A stretch of DNA of 64,000 nt. It comes from Negaprion brevirostris (lineage: Eukaryota). The position numbers and the translations under genes were made by a program. Location of the stretch: the NCBI GenBank assembly GCA_030324005.1, contig JARDVH010000160.1, forward strand, positions 28,052,967 to 28,116,966, written 5' to 3'. Under the pieces are notes generated by a model. The model made no database searches, had not been told where the DNA came from, and saw nothing but the letters and a program-made list of their open reading frames with translations. Positions 12,341-25,840 of the stretch are shown one piece after another (the first letter of the stretch is position 1; each line of letters starts with the position of its first letter).

Positions 12341-14084
12341 ATGTGGCAGGTTGATCATTTAAGTATTTTAATGAAGATGCATGTCTCTATTTTAATACAG
12401 TTTTATTTTTGACATCTGTGGATGAAATTTCCCTAGTCTTGGGAAACCAGAAGAGGGGAATACAGAGCTGGATCCATCAGGGAAGCTTTTACAGCAGTGC
12501 TTGTGGACCAAGAGGAGCAGAATTGCTTCCTCTGGCTCAGCAAGCTTTTGTGTTTTACTCCCTTTTGATTAGAACCCTGAGATAGCTCCATTCCCTGCTA
12601 AAGCACCCCCCCACTCACCTCTTCTCGCAGTGTCAGACTGATGTGCTCCCTGGCTGCTTTTGGGCTTGAATAAAGCTGTCAAGCTGGTTAGCTATCAGAC
12701 AGGAAATTTGGAAAAATTTAAAACAGACCCTGCTATTAAATTCAGTAGGATCTGTGGGAAACCTTTACTCCTCTGCCATCCCAACAGCACTCAGTTACTA
12801 TCAGGCCACAGTTTCATGCTTGTGTTATTCATTTCGTTTTTGAAACCATACTTAAAAAAAAATGTCTGCTGCAGTTCCTTTCCAAATATTCAATGTATTC
12901 TTACTGAAAGAGCAGGTAAACAACTTCACTCAGCCAATACTTTTTTTTTAAGAGTAACCTCAGTGTTAATGTCATTTTCTGATTTGCCTTTACGATGTCA
13001 AAGCTGTGTGCACTTTCATTTAAAGAAACAATCACGCTAACCTGCTGCTTTGAAAATTAGAACCATGTATGTCCATCTGTGGCGTTACAGCACTCAAAAG
13101 CCCTCAGTTCAAATTCTTCATTCTAGTGGGATTTGGGTGTTGTATTTCAAAAGGCATTATAATATTTTGATATTTGTGCATTCACATTTCAATTTTGCTC
13201 CGTACATCGTGATTTTGCGCAGCTATCAATGCACACCTGGCAGTCTCAAGTACAGACTGTAAGCTTCTGTTTAAATCTTTGAGTAGAAAACGCCTCCAAG
13301 AAGCTGCCTTACACAGGTTTGTCTTTATAAAGAAGACAGTATGTATTCTGCCAACGTTTCCTTGAAAAGTAGGTTGAATTCAGTTCATTTTTGCACTTAC
13401 CTTCATTTTTACATTCTGACTCATTTTAAAGAATCAGTAAAACTTGGGACAGTCAATCCATTGCCACTACCACTAGTGTAGCTAATACTCAAATGAACAC
13501 ACATTTGTAGTTTGATTGTCATGTGTATCCTGACTGAAGCCATATTAATTGCTGAGGGAGGGGAAAGTTGTGGAGGGAGCAGTTGATGGTGATGAAATTA
13601 GAAATGAGATTCATGGCAGCCAGAGTCACACAATATTGGTGACATTCTGAAAGTAGACCAAGTACTAATGCTGCCTGCTACAAAGGAGAAGGATGAAGAA
13701 ATGTCAAGGGGATTAACGGGGTACTGTTCATATGTAAAGAATTATCTTCAAAGAGAGAAAATATTAGGAAGTATTTTCTCAAAATTAAATGTGCACTACT
13801 ATCTTCTAAATAACATAAGTGCCAAAAAATGCCCTGTTACCTCCCCTGACTGTTAATAGCATTACTATCTCACCGACCATTATAATTTTGAAAGTGGGTC
13901 ATCATTGGCAGAAGCTGAACAGGATTATGCATATCAAAACTGGATACAATATCAGGACAGTGATTGGCCAAGTTGATAGAGTGAGATGAAATAAGGTAGG
14001 AGGAGGCTCAAATAGAGTATGAACACTGGCTTAGACCTAGTGGGCTGAATGGCCTGTTTCTATGCTGCAGATTCTACATAGTGC

Positions 14085-15720
14085 TGATGTTATAGTTTTT
14101 GGTCCCTGCTGCAAACTCTATTCCTTAACCATGGGGCCCTATTTTACCATTTTTGATTCTAAATGCAGGGTGGACTTGAAACTGGGAGTATTTCAGATCT
14201 GACTTTTAGACCCATTCTCAGGCACCCATATGCACTCTGCCTGCAAAAATATCAGTGATTCCAAATCGTGCTGCAGAAGTCTGTGGGGGGGGGCCTAATG
14301 TACCTGAAATCCTGCAGCTCTGATCGGAGCCTCCAACTGCACATGCGCAGAGAAAAAACGATAGAATGCCACACTGCTCTCAGCCAGATATGGTCTCCCC
14401 CGGTCCCCACAGACATTGTCCCACCNNNNNNNNNNNNNNNNNNNNNNNNNNNNNNNNNNNNNNNNNNNNNNNNNNNNNNNNNNNNNNNNNNNNNNNNNNN
14501 NNNNNNNNNNNNNNNNNNNNNNNNNNNNNNNNNNNNNNNNNNNNNNNNNNNNNNNNNNNNNNNNNNNNNNNNNNNNNNNNNNNNNNNNNNNNNNNNNNNN
14601 NNNNNNNNNNNNNNNNNNNNNNNNNNNNNNNNNNNNNNNNNNNNNNNNNNNNNNNNNNNNNNNNNNNNNNNNNNNNNNNNNNNNNNNNNNNNNNNNNNNN
14701 NNNNNNNNNNNNNNNNNNNNNNNNNNNNNNNNNNNNNNNNNNNNNNNNNNNNNNNNNNNNNNNNNNNNNNNNNNNNNNNNNNNNNNNNNNNNNNNNNNNN
14801 NATGGACGAATGTGGTGGTAAAGAGTGTAATGCATTTAAATGGCTATTGCACCTGTTTCGGGTGTGGCCCTGATCGTGGCCGGAAATCGTGGCCATTTTC
14901 CGGCCTTGATAAAGGGGAAACCGGTGCGGAGGCAGGCACAGATCATGCTAGTCACCTCATGCCCAACCTTACCAAGTTTTCACATCCAAAAATGGACGCA
15001 ACTTGATGGTAAAATTGGGCCCATAGACTCCATTCCCCTCCCTGTCAATTATCTGAGGTGGAATCAGACTGTTCACAACCTTAATGTGACATTTGACCCC
15101 AGGACTAGCTTCTCATGCATGAAGCACCTAGACCATTCATTTCAGCTCCATAGCATTACTTGACTTTGCCCCATCTCAGCTCATCTGCTTCTGAAATTCT
15201 GTCCATGCCTTTGTTACCTCTGGCCTTGATATTGCAATTTTCATAGACCTTGCACATTCTGCTCTGTGTAAGAACTCTACTGCCAATGTTTTACTTGCAC
15301 CGTCCCATTCATTCATCACTTCTATGCGTGCTGGACTACATTAGTTTCATTTCTCACCTTTGTTTTCAAATCCCTCACTGTCAACTCTTGCCACTTCCTA
15401 TCTCTGCAGTCTGCCTATCTCTGCAACCCTTCAAGCTACATACGTTCCTCCACATCTGGCCTCTAGCATATGCCACATTTTAATTGTTCCTCTATTGGCA
15501 GCTACTCCAAGGCCCTAAGCTCTGGATGCCTTTGCTAAACCTCTAGGCCTCTCTGTAATTCCCTTGCCTCCTGTAAGACTCCTTACAACCTACCTGTCTG
15601 ATTAAGCTTTAGGCTATTTGTCCTATAATCTGCTTATGTAGCTTGGTGACAAATTTTGTTAACAACCCTATGAAGTGCCTTGGGATATTAAAGATGCAAT
15701 TTAAATAAAAGCTAGTGTTA
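14085..15720 (+). mobile_element. Decayed L2 LINE 3' portion, interrupted by a MITE
   Basis: ORF2-like IVFGP... | DSIPLPVNYLRWNQTVHNLNVTFDP. L2-like 3' end TGAAGTGCCTTGGGATATTAAAGATGC. Confidence 0.7.
14134..15022. mobile_element. PIF/Harbinger-type MITE
   Basis: 17-bp TIRs GGGCCCTATTTTACCAT / ATGGTAAAATTGGGCCC (1 mismatch), 3-bp flanks ATG/ATA, internal N gap. Confidence 0.8.
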
Positions 15721-16389
15721 AAGCAATTGAGCAGGATACCAGAATTGGAAAGCAACAGATCTAATGCCACGGAAAGTCTGTACCTTTTCTTTCCAATACT
15801 TTGCATCATGATTTTGTTAACGCTGATGAAATGTCAAAGCAGAGTTTAAAAACGCTGAGGATCAATTTAGTGTTTTATAGACCAAATGAGAGTATTGTAG
15901 ACTGTGGAGTCGTGAGCAATGAAAATGTGCATGGATATAAGAAAAAATCTCACTCCTGGCTGGTAGATTGCAAGTTGAAGCCAAGAGCAAACACATGTGC
16001 TATCTGAATTGTGATCTTCTGGCCTTGTACTGGTATTTGGTTGTATCTGTAACGTTTACCATGAGTACAGTGGTGTTAGTTTAGAAAGGTTTCAAGCTGT
16101 CTAAAAATAATGATTGTTATGACATTAATCCCATCCGTAGATACCAGCAAACTAAGTAAGTAATCTATCTACTTACAAACCATATTGAATACATTGAGGT
16201 CAGGATGGTGACTTTCTTGAATAAATTATGTTGGGTAACTTACGTTGGGTCACTTATAACAGAGCTGTGATTCAATCATATTGATGGCAGCATACTGAAA
16301 CACTGTTGTTACCAGACATTTCGGTGCGATGTAATGCCCAGTTTAAAGATGGCAGTTAACAATTAAATTCTTTTCAAGCAAAATTAGAG

Positions 16390-16660
16390 TAAAGGGTCAG
16401 CTTTTTAGGACTAGAATATGGAGAAATTTCTTTAAAGGATCATGAATCCTTGAAATTTTCCACAGCAACTTGCTGTCAGTGTTCAGTTGTTGAATATATA
16501 TGAGTCAAAGGTGGACAACATTTTGGATAATCAAAGGGTCAGGGATGGTGTAGAAAGGCTTTTGTAAGGTAGAAGATTTTCTACAATTCTACTGAAAGAT
16601 GGAATAGATTCAAGAGGTTGAATGGTTACTCCTGTTCCATTTCCTATGCTCTTTCTTAGG
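16390..16660 (+). mobile_element. Old CR1 LINE 3' end
   Basis: TTTAGGACT..ATATGGAGAAATTTCTT ... GAATGGTTACTCCTGTTCC.TTTCCTATG tail. Confidence 0.65.
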
Positions 16661-16726
16661 AGAGGAAAGTTTTAAAAAAAACAGTGTAAGTCAAAAGGAT
16701 GTTACAGCCATAGTCTTAGAAACCTA

Positions 16727-16860
16727 GGGTGGAATTCTTCCAAGCTCCTGTCAGCAGATTTGATAGCAAGCATGGGGATGGGGAGAATATGGTGGGAGGC
16801 CCAGAAATTGGTTTCATGCTGGCTTGAATTTAGAGTGGGATCATTTGCTCATGACCACTA
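16727..16860. mobile_element. MITE end homologous to 438-560
   Basis: GGGTGGAATTCT.C.AAGC.C.TG...GGGAGAATAT.GT.GGAG..CCAGAAAT.GGTTTCAT is shared with 438-560. Confidence 0.6.
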
Positions 16861-16921
16861 TGGCTGACAGGAACCTCATTTGTATCCTGTTAATGGAATG
16901 CAGTTGAAGACCTGACACCAC

Positions 16922-16960
16922 CAACACGCACACACGCGCACACACACACACAACCACACA
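16922..16960. repeat. Imperfect (CA)n microsatellite
   Basis: caacacgcacacacgcgcacacacacacacaaccacaca. Confidence 0.8.
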
Positions 16961-19900
16961 TATATTTTGGGGGAGATGCATCTTCCTCCTTAGGAGGTCA
17001 ATCTTCAAGTTTCAAAGTCCCTCTGGAGACCTATTTTCATTTTTTAGTGGTGGACTCCTTGATAGTGGATTGGCAATAGCAATCACTGTAATAGATTGGA
17101 TGGTGGATAAAGTATGCGTTTTAACTTCATTTGCACTTTATATGAAATTGTCTGATATTAAGGAACTGCTCAGAGTTACAGATTGACTAGCTGTTCTGTG
17201 GCATATTCCACTTAAGAGGCCAAACTGTTGTAATTTGGAGAATATTGTTGCAATTGAAACTGGTGCACTGGGCTCAGGAGACTGTGACAAATGTTCCTAC
17301 TAAATTCCTTGAGATATAAGTAATTACATTCATTGCTGTTAGTAAAGGACAGCTTCAGTAAGCTTCCGACTGGTGAGAATCACAGCTGGTCTCCATAGGC
17401 AGAGAGACAAGACATGATGGCCTCGCTGGGGGAATCGGAGGCTATTGAAGCCCCCATCCCAGTTTGTGCCATTTAAAAAAAGGACTGGGACGATTGCAAA
17501 TTGTTTGGCACAGGGCACAAAACCAATTTTCCAGGATGAGTGCGATCCATGCCAGCGGCGGCAAGGTGGGAAAATCACCCCCTATATCTCTGATTGCAAC
17601 ATATTGCACTGTTCTGCCTAAACTTATTCCAAATTAAAATTTAGTTTTACTTGCCTTTGATAAAAGCAGTAGCATACTAGCGAAATCTTCATTTTACTTT
17701 GTGAAATTAAATATTACAGCTTCATAGAAAATGGATTTGTGAGTAGATCTGTTGGCCGAAAGTGAAAAGGGCCACCTTGTACCCCAGAGATATGCCACAG
17801 TTTCAAAGAAATCCTTATATTATGTAGATTGTAATTTGCCTTTTTCATGAGTTAATTGAATAATATTGGGTATTCTTGAATAAATGTTCTTTAAAGTACA
17901 TGGAGCAATTTTGCTGAAATTATTTTATTGGTTTTGATGCTTGGGCTTGACATTCTCAGAGAAGTAAAATCCATCTTCTGGGTCTGTACGCCATTTCCTG
18001 GACTAGAACAGCAATATACGTTGTGAGGTTGTCTTATATCCCTCCCAAACATGCACTTCTATCACCAAAAATATTACGGCCCAAGGGTTCTGAGAGTATA
18101 TTAATATTTAATAAACAAATGGAAAAGCCTGGTCTTTCCAGCCTGAAGAGGCTGCATCCTAACCCGATGATTTTATATTTTAAAACATAGCATTGATTTA
18201 AATGCAAGTTGTATGATTTACGCAGTTTACCATAATTGGGCTCTGCCTGCCTACCTTTCTTCCCTCTGTTTCTTTAACCTGCCTTTTGTTCACCTGCGTT
18301 GTTACTTCCTACTCAGCTTGATGTCAAATTTATTTGATGATTCTCCTCTGAAGCACTTTGGGATGTTTTGTTAATGTTAATTTTAAGTTGTTGTAATTAA
18401 GGCTGCAGTCTTTCACAAGTCATTAATCTACAGTAAATAAGCAATGGTCTTGTTAGTATTACAGAAAATAAAAATGTAATTCTTGCTAACTTTTTAAGGG
18501 AAAAGATGCAAGGATAGGAATAAATAGTTACTTAAATTTTGCTAAAAGAAGAGGTATGTCAAATTTAAATACAAAGCCATTTTCTACAAAGCTATAAAAT
18601 TTAATTTCACAAAGTAGAATTAAGATTTTGTTGGTATGCTACTGCTTTTATCAAAGGCAAGTTAAATTAAATTTTAGCTTGGAATAATTTTTTATCTTGC
18701 ATTGATCAGGATATTTCACAAGAATATCAGTATAAAGGCAAAACCACAAATTACACTGTGTGAGAACAGAATGCTGATTGATTGGCAAGGGAACATGCAC
18801 ATGGGCATGTACGCGTGCGTGTATTTAAGACAGAGGTAGATAGATTCTTGTTAGACGAGAAATAAAGATTATTGGGGTTAGATGGGAATGTGGAATTCAG
18901 CAGAAACAGATCAGATTATTAAATGGAGCAGGCTCACAGGAAATGGCCTCTTTTTGCCCCTGTTATGTCTGTTTGTGTGTGTGCGTGTCTCCCTGAGTGT
19001 GTCTGTGCATGATTAAAGAATGTATCATGAATTGGATTATTTTTGATTATCATATCTCTTGCAGCATTTAATATGTGCATTTTGTTTCTAATACTCTAAT
19101 TTTGGGGATTCCTTTTACTTTGCCATTCCTTAGCCAGTGAGTGAGGATGACTTTGATTTTGGACCACTTTCTGGTTGATGTTTGTGTTGCTCTGTGATAC
19201 TCAGGACAAGGCAGACTTCGCTAGTGTGAGGCATTTTGCTTTACAATGTAAAGTGCTCCATCTTGCTGAAAACTTATGCAATTCACCAGTACAGGTAGTG
19301 AAGTTTAAATGTCAGTTGTATTCTCGGAATTGGAGTCTTGCATAACGGAGCGAGTCTTTCTCCCCTTAAAAATAAACATATCTGCTACACAATGTTTTTT
19401 TAAAGTAATATGAATCATGTAGGTCCAGCTTAATTGGAGTACTGATCTCAAAGTGGCTGTTATTATTTTGAACTAAAAGATTTAATATAGTTGCCACTTG
19501 AATAAATTGCCTTCTTTCAGCTGAAGAATTATTGATTTAAAGATCAGGAAAATGTACTCAGGACCAAATTTGGAACCAATTTGCAGGAACCATGAAAAAA
19601 AATTCTCCTGCCATATTTAATCAGCAAACTGGATCAGTAATTTACAGTTCACAATACATTTTGTCCCAGTATGTATTGTTCTTGTGAATATATATTATGA
19701 GTTTGGATTTAATTTTGTCTAAATCATACTTCCAAATACAATATTGTACTGGTAACTTGGCTTTTCTGAGATCCCAATGAAGAATTTAATAATTGTGCCA
19801 CTTGTAAATTATGGCACTTCTAAAATTTCAGAACTGAAGTGGCATGTTGGAAATTAGTATCTCTCTCATTCAGTCAATTGTTTTATTTATGTGGTTTGTG

Positions 19901-20289
19901 TGGAGACTTCTCGACACTGTTTTAATTTGAAGCTGTAACTGGTAAACTTCTCTAAAGTAAATTAATTACTATTTAACTGCAACTTAGACGTGAAGATGTA
20001 AACAGTCCTCTGATCTAGGTGCTTCTGTGTGGCCATGCAAACTATCAAAGCATAAATAGCGTAATTTTTTGATGATGAAACACTGATTTTTGCAATTTTG
20101 TGTTGCTGCATAAACATTTCTGGCCTCTAAATTTATAGATATCTCAAATTCACAAGGGTTGCAGATTGTATTGATATTTTTGATACCAATAATGTTGTCT
20201 CTGAAAGAGTAATATAACATAAGGCTGGCCAGTGCTTTGATTTGATACTGTTGCACTTTTTAATCATGTCTCCCAAATATATTTTGCAG

Positions 20290-20630
20290 GGGTGGCACGG
20301 TGGCACAGTGGTTAGCACTGCTGCCTCACAGCGTCATAGGCCCAGATTCGATTCCCAGCTTGTGTGGAGTTCGCACGTTCTCTCCTTGTCTGTGTGGGTT
20401 TCCTCCGGGTGCGCTGGTTTCCTCCCACAATCCAAAGATGTGCTGGTTAGGTGGATTGGCCATGCTAAATTCTTCCCCTGTGTACTCGAACAGGCACCAG
20501 AATGTGGCTTTGGTTTGATGCTGTTGCATTTTTCAATCATGTCTCCCAAATATATTTTGGAAGACTAGGGGCTTTTCACAGTATTTTCTTGCAGTAACCC
20601 TACTTGTGACTAATAAATAAACTTTAACTT
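20290..20630 (+). mobile_element. V-SINE, alternative-tail subfamily, with an internal copy of its flank
   Basis: Full tRNA head and V-domain; tail GACTAGGGG.TTTTCACAGTA...CTACTTGTGACTAATAAATAAACTTT. Confidence 0.9.
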
Positions 20631-21959
20631 TTTAATTAATGTATCAGTTCTATTATATTCTATCATCAGTTGTGAATGTGAAACATAAACCAGTTCATTA
20701 GCATGCTTACATAATATTGAGCTGTCTGTCACTGGATGTAAAACTGAATTCCATGTTTTTCAGTTTCACTGTTTACTTTGGTTTAAACTACTATCTTATT
20801 GTGGTGAATTATATTTTTTGGGAATAGGGCCTGCAGGCAAGTTGCATAAGCTTTTGAAGATGGTTACTCGTGTAATAATAAAAATATGCATTTTCATGTG
20901 ATATGGCATCTGAAAATGTTGATATCAATAACCTGTGCCTGTTATAAAATGAATGAAAGAGTTGCACAGTCACAAAATGTTCCTTCAATTGCAGTGCAAT
21001 TTGATAATTTTGGTGCCTTTAGTTTGCATACACTTCAGTTATAAAAATACCATCACCTTAAAAAGATTAAAGAATACAAGAATTTTACTGCTAAAGTTTT
21101 TGTAAAGGCCAGCTAAAGAAGTTAAAGACTCCAGACATTGCAATGTGATTGCAACATAATGGAACGATGAATGGTTTGGTTTAGTTACAAACAAGTCATG
21201 CTTTTCCCAGCATAATGAACCTTTTGGTAATGTTGACAGCTGTGGGAAGAAAGAGTTGCGTAATATAAATGAACAGTACAGGCAACAGAGGAAATCAGCG
21301 GAAGGCAAAGTACAATAGACAGCATGTTACTCCTGCAGGGCAAATAGATGTTAAGTTGGGTTAACATGTGAAGGGTCCAAGGACTATGTAGCTCCAAAAC
21401 TAGTGTGCAAAAGAAAATCCAATATAATAGATTGTCTTAATGGATGAAACACTGATGCAGGCAGTGTGTTAGTACCAAACGTTCGGCCAAAGGACAGCAA
21501 AGTGAACCGTTCATGGTACATTTAATGAATTATTACTTTGAAGTCTTTATGCAATGCTATTTTGCAATGCATGAAAGTAACATTGATGAGACCCTAATTT
21601 CAATCATTGTGTTTGTTTTCTTTTAGCAGTCGATGCAAAAACAGGCTTGCTGTACATTTAGGAGCAGATAATCTCCCTATTCACTCCAAGGAAAATGGCA
21701 TGTGGTAGAATAGAGAAGCAAATAACTTGAAGTATGAAGCAAACTATTTTAGTAAACATTGACACTCAAATCATAGTTCTAAAATAACTTGAGTTCTGCA
21801 TGCGTGTAGTTTACGTTTTAGCGATTTAGATGATGGATTTTGGATCCTGGAATTTTTAGTGGAAACCTATTCATAGCATTGATTTCTCAGAATTGGGATT
21901 AGATCAGATGGATGAAATGCTACTGAAATCACTCTTGTGATTGCTTTAACAAGTTTCAA

Positions 21960-22562
21960 TGGCCCAGATTTTGTGCCCTTGTTCTGTGAAATTGACAGCA
22001 ATTTCTGATTCAGCACACGCACAGTTAAATACATAAATTCAGAAGCTGCTGTTAGTAATTCCATACTCCTTCATGGGGTGCACTGTTAAAGTTCCTTGCC
22101 AGTGGAAATTGATTAGAAATCACTGATCTGACTTGAACTTCCATGTTTATGCTTTTAACCTTATTGTTTAAACCTTTTAAAATGTTATACCTTGCTGAAT
22201 GAGGTGTAACTAAGTTTTTAATGGTCTAATAAATCATCATAACTTGTGAACAAATTCTGTGGCCCTGAAAAACTAACTTTATATTTGTGAACTATCAAAT
22301 TCCTTAAGTCTGGTAGATTTTTAAAGTAAGATTTTAAAAAAAGATTAATTATGATATTTCACCTATTTTTAAACCCATGGGTATGTCACAATTTTACTTT
22401 ATAAAAATATTAAGAAGCGAAGGAAAATTAGTGATTGAGAGTTCCTGGCTTATTGTTTAAGAATTCTTCAGTGTGATTGGCTGGAAGGTCTGTTTGATTA
22501 CATCATTATACACCACCAATATGAATCGGTGCCAAAATGTTGAGAAAGTTGAAATCTATGTC
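21960..22562. mobile_element. Old MITE-like DNA transposon remnant
   Basis: Degenerate TIR-like ends GGCCCAGATTTTG ... TTGAAATCTATGTC. Confidence 0.3.
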
Positions 22563-22909
22563 GAAAAGATTGCTATAATTTTGGGGACAGCTTACTTTGT
22601 GTTGAGTGGCAAACACCATCTCTTTGACACTGGCCACTAAATCCAAGCTGTTTGTTGCCATCCCCAGAGAAATGGATAACTTATTCCCAGTGACCAATGG
22701 AAAGAATCGCAGGATAAGATTTCAGTTTTAAGACTTTTGCTGTAATAAACCATCTGAAATCAACATAGACTAAATATTAATAGGCAAGCTATATCCTCAA
22801 ATTATAGAGAAAGTACTTTCCAATTCATTAATTGCCTCAACCGAAAATACTTTATGACCTATTAATACATTGTTCCAATTCCTTTCCTGCACCTAGTGGT
22901 GTACTAAGG

Positions 22910-23200
22910 CAGATTTTTATTTGTTTCCACAGCTACTAATTCCTGGGACAGGTCGCAAATCTGTAGCTAGGGGCTTAAAGCTTGAGGGGTGCCACTTCAC
23001 ATCAAGCATGGCTGACCAGGAATCTCTCCTGTCTGTGCAATCAGCCATGGGCATGTTTGGAAGGATTTTCAGATTGACACATCAACCTGTTGACCACATT
23101 ATGGACACGTCTTCCTTGACTATCAAATCTGGGGTGGGGTACTCAAACCCAGAGCTTCTGGCTCAGAGGCAAGGGCATTGCCCACTGCGCTTCAAGACCT
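22910..23200 (-). mobile_element. tRNA-derived SINE, family not identified
   Basis: The minus strand begins GGTCTTGAAGCGCAGTGGGCAATGCCCTTGCCTCTGAGCCAGAAGCTCTGGGTTTGAGTACC (A/B-box-like) and ends near AAATAAAAA. Confidence 0.6.
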
Positions 23201-24058
23201 ATTTATACTTTATTTCTCACCCTACACAGATATATACCTCTGGCTTTTCAAAAGACTCTCTTTTTGCTGTCACACTGAAAAGTCCCTTCACTGAGTCTTC
23301 TAAATATCCTCAAACTGACTTCCAGAAGCAAGATAATTTCTATTGACTCCTTGGTCCTTAAATTCCAAAAGTGCTGTACAACCACCATTCTGCTTGGCAG
23401 CTAATGCAAAACAGTCTTTTTGTTTGGTGAATCTCTTTGAATCTGATAGTCTTCCCAGAAAGATCAGGATAAGCCCCTCTTCTCTGTCAAGGTGTGAAAA
23501 CTGGCACTTGACTTTCTATTGTTGTTGACCTAAACCAATTCCCTGTGGCAATCAAATCACATGAGCCTGTCTTCGGACAGAGTTCACATGATTTCAAGAT
23601 CTCCCATTTAAGGACATGTTGTTTTCACCTTAAATTGAAGAAACCGTTTAAAACATAATTGGCTTGTAAAGTCTCATTCATAACAATATACATCAAAGTT
23701 CAACACAAAAGAAAAAAATGAGCTAAATTAAGAATAGATAATGTTTGTTAAAAAAAGTAAGGCATATTTAGTCAAAATATTTTGTTCCAATTATTCATAT
23801 GAACACAAAAATGCATAAGTTTTTGATCTGCACAGATTAGATTAACTTGCTGCACTGAGTCTATTTCCCGTGTTTTACAATTTTCCATTATTTGTTAAAG
23901 TAATTTTCTTCCTATTTGTAATAATAGTTCTGAAATAAAATTAGGGAAATGTATGTAGCATGGGTCAAGGGAGACGCAACACCTTTGATATTTAAATTGT
24001 GAGTTACAGATTCTCAGATATTGTAAAGTAGCAATTTCATTTTTCATAGGATCATAGA

Positions 24059-24528
24059 ATGGATGTTGCTGGTATGGAGGGCATTTGCTATGAGGAGAGG
24101 TTGGAAAAGTTTGATTTGTTCTTGCTGGAGCGATGGAGGGTGAGGGACGACCTGATAGAAGTCTACAAGATTATGAGAGGCATGGACAGAATGGATAGTC
24201 AGAAGGTTTTTCCCAGAGTGGAAGAGTCATTTACTAAGGAGCATAGGTTCAAGATGCAAGGGACAAGGTTTAAAGGATATGTACGAGACAAGTTTNNNNN
24301 NNNNNNNNNNNNNNNNNNNNNNNGGAACTTGCTGCCAAGGGAGATAGTGGAAGCAGATATGATAGTGACTTTTCAGGAGCGTCTTGACAAATACATGAAT
24401 AGGATGGGAATGGAGAGATACGGTCCCCAGAAGGGTAGGGAGTTTTAGTTTAGTTGGGCAGCATGGTCAGTGCAGGCTTGGAGGGCTGAAGAGACTGTTC
24501 CTGGCTGTCATTTTTTGTGTTCTTTGTT
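24059..24528 (+). mobile_element. CR1 LINE 3' end (ORF2 C-terminus and 3' UTR)
   Basis: ORF YEERLEKFDLFLLERWRVRDDLIEVYKIMRGMDR...LDKYMNR; tail GGCTTGGAGGGCTGAAG...CTGTTCCTG. Confidence 0.9.
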
Positions 24529-24529
24529 T

Positions 24530-24849
24530 TAGAACCCCTACAGTACAGAAGCAGGCGATTCAGACAATTGAGTCTGCATTAACTCTCTCCGATAGGGCAT
24601 GTTACTCAGACCTTATCCCCGTAACCACACGTATTGACCCCACTAATCCCCCTAACCTACATATTTTGGGACACTAACAGACAATCTAGTATGGTGAATC
24701 AAACTACCCTGCACATCTTTAGACTGTGGTAGGAAACCCACACAGACATGGGGAATGCATGCAAACTGCATACTGTCACCCAAGGCCGGAATTGAACTCG
24801 GGTTCCTGGTACCGAGAGGCAGCAGTGCTAACCGTTGTGCTGCCGTCCC
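24530..24849 (-). mobile_element. HE1/V-SINE, CR1-type tail, tail-to-tail with the CR1 fragment
   Basis: Reverse complement of the GGTTAGCACTGCTGCCTC head and CTTCTGTACTGTAGGGG.TTCTA tail. Confidence 0.85.
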
Positions 24850-25394
24850 TACTCTGTTTGGAACTGACTGTTGGGAATTCTAGGCACCGATTTAGATTTG
24901 TCACACTTGTATTTGAATGCACCATGCTCTGCTTTCAAAATTTGAAATTATATGCAGGCTGAGCACTGCAGTCCTCAAAGGATTTGAGTGGGGTGTTCAG
25001 CTAATTAGCTTGAAACATTAATGCTGTTAGCAGTAAAAGAGCTCACATGTCACACGTCTGTTTGTTACACAGTGCAAAATCATTTGGAAAATTCTGCTAA
25101 ATGATCACAGATGAGACAGATTTGTCAGCCTGCTTAAATGCAAGAGGAACAGTCTGTGTCGGTTTAATTATTAGTCAGGTGTGAAAATATTGCTAGAGGC
25201 ATACCAGCTACAACCAGAAATCATCAATACAATTAAATTTATTTAGCTGACGCCTAAATATGAGTGCTTCGGTTATATAAAAGTGAGTTATGAGGTTGAA
25301 CCTAGATATATCAGAACTTTTTAGTGTTGTGTCATAAAAGCAAGAGAATAGAAGAGAGCAATAACTGATATTTAACTTTGAACGATTAAAATCG

Positions 25395-25840
25395 TATTTT
25401 ATATTCATGAGAGGGTTGATGAATAAGAGTAAAGAAGTCTTGCTGTAATTATATAGGACTTTGAGTACTGTTCTATAATGTTTTAGCCTCCTTACCTAAG
25501 GAAGGAATCCTTTGTGGGGGTGCCACAAAGGTTCAGTAGATTTATTCTTAGGATGACATGGCTGTCAGTTGAGGAGGGAGAGAGAGTAAAGTGGAGTTTA
25601 AAAGAATGAGAAGTGATCTTACTGAAGTATATAAAGTTTTTCACATACTTGACAGGGTAAATGTTGGGAGGCAGTTATCCCTGGCTACAGAGCCCAGAAT
25701 TGGGGTCAAAATCTCAGGGTAAAGCGTTGACCATTTAGGACTGAAACGAAGAGAAAACTTTTCACTCAGAGGGTTGAGAATCTTTTAAATTCTCTGTCCC
25801 AGAGGGTTGTGGATGCTTAGCTGAAAAATATATTTGACTT
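25395..25840 (+). mobile_element. Older CR1 ORF2 fragment
   Basis: AGAATGAGAAGTGATCTTACTGAAGTATATAAA (RMRSDLTEVYK) and CCATTTAGGACTGA...TTCACTCAGAGGGTTG. Confidence 0.75.

Noticed and set aside
14252-15006. Long ORFs of 150-214 aa in the track
   Set aside because: Artefacts of reading through an N gap. The same applies at 2812-3239, 8696-9151, 56148-57107 and 62294-62774.
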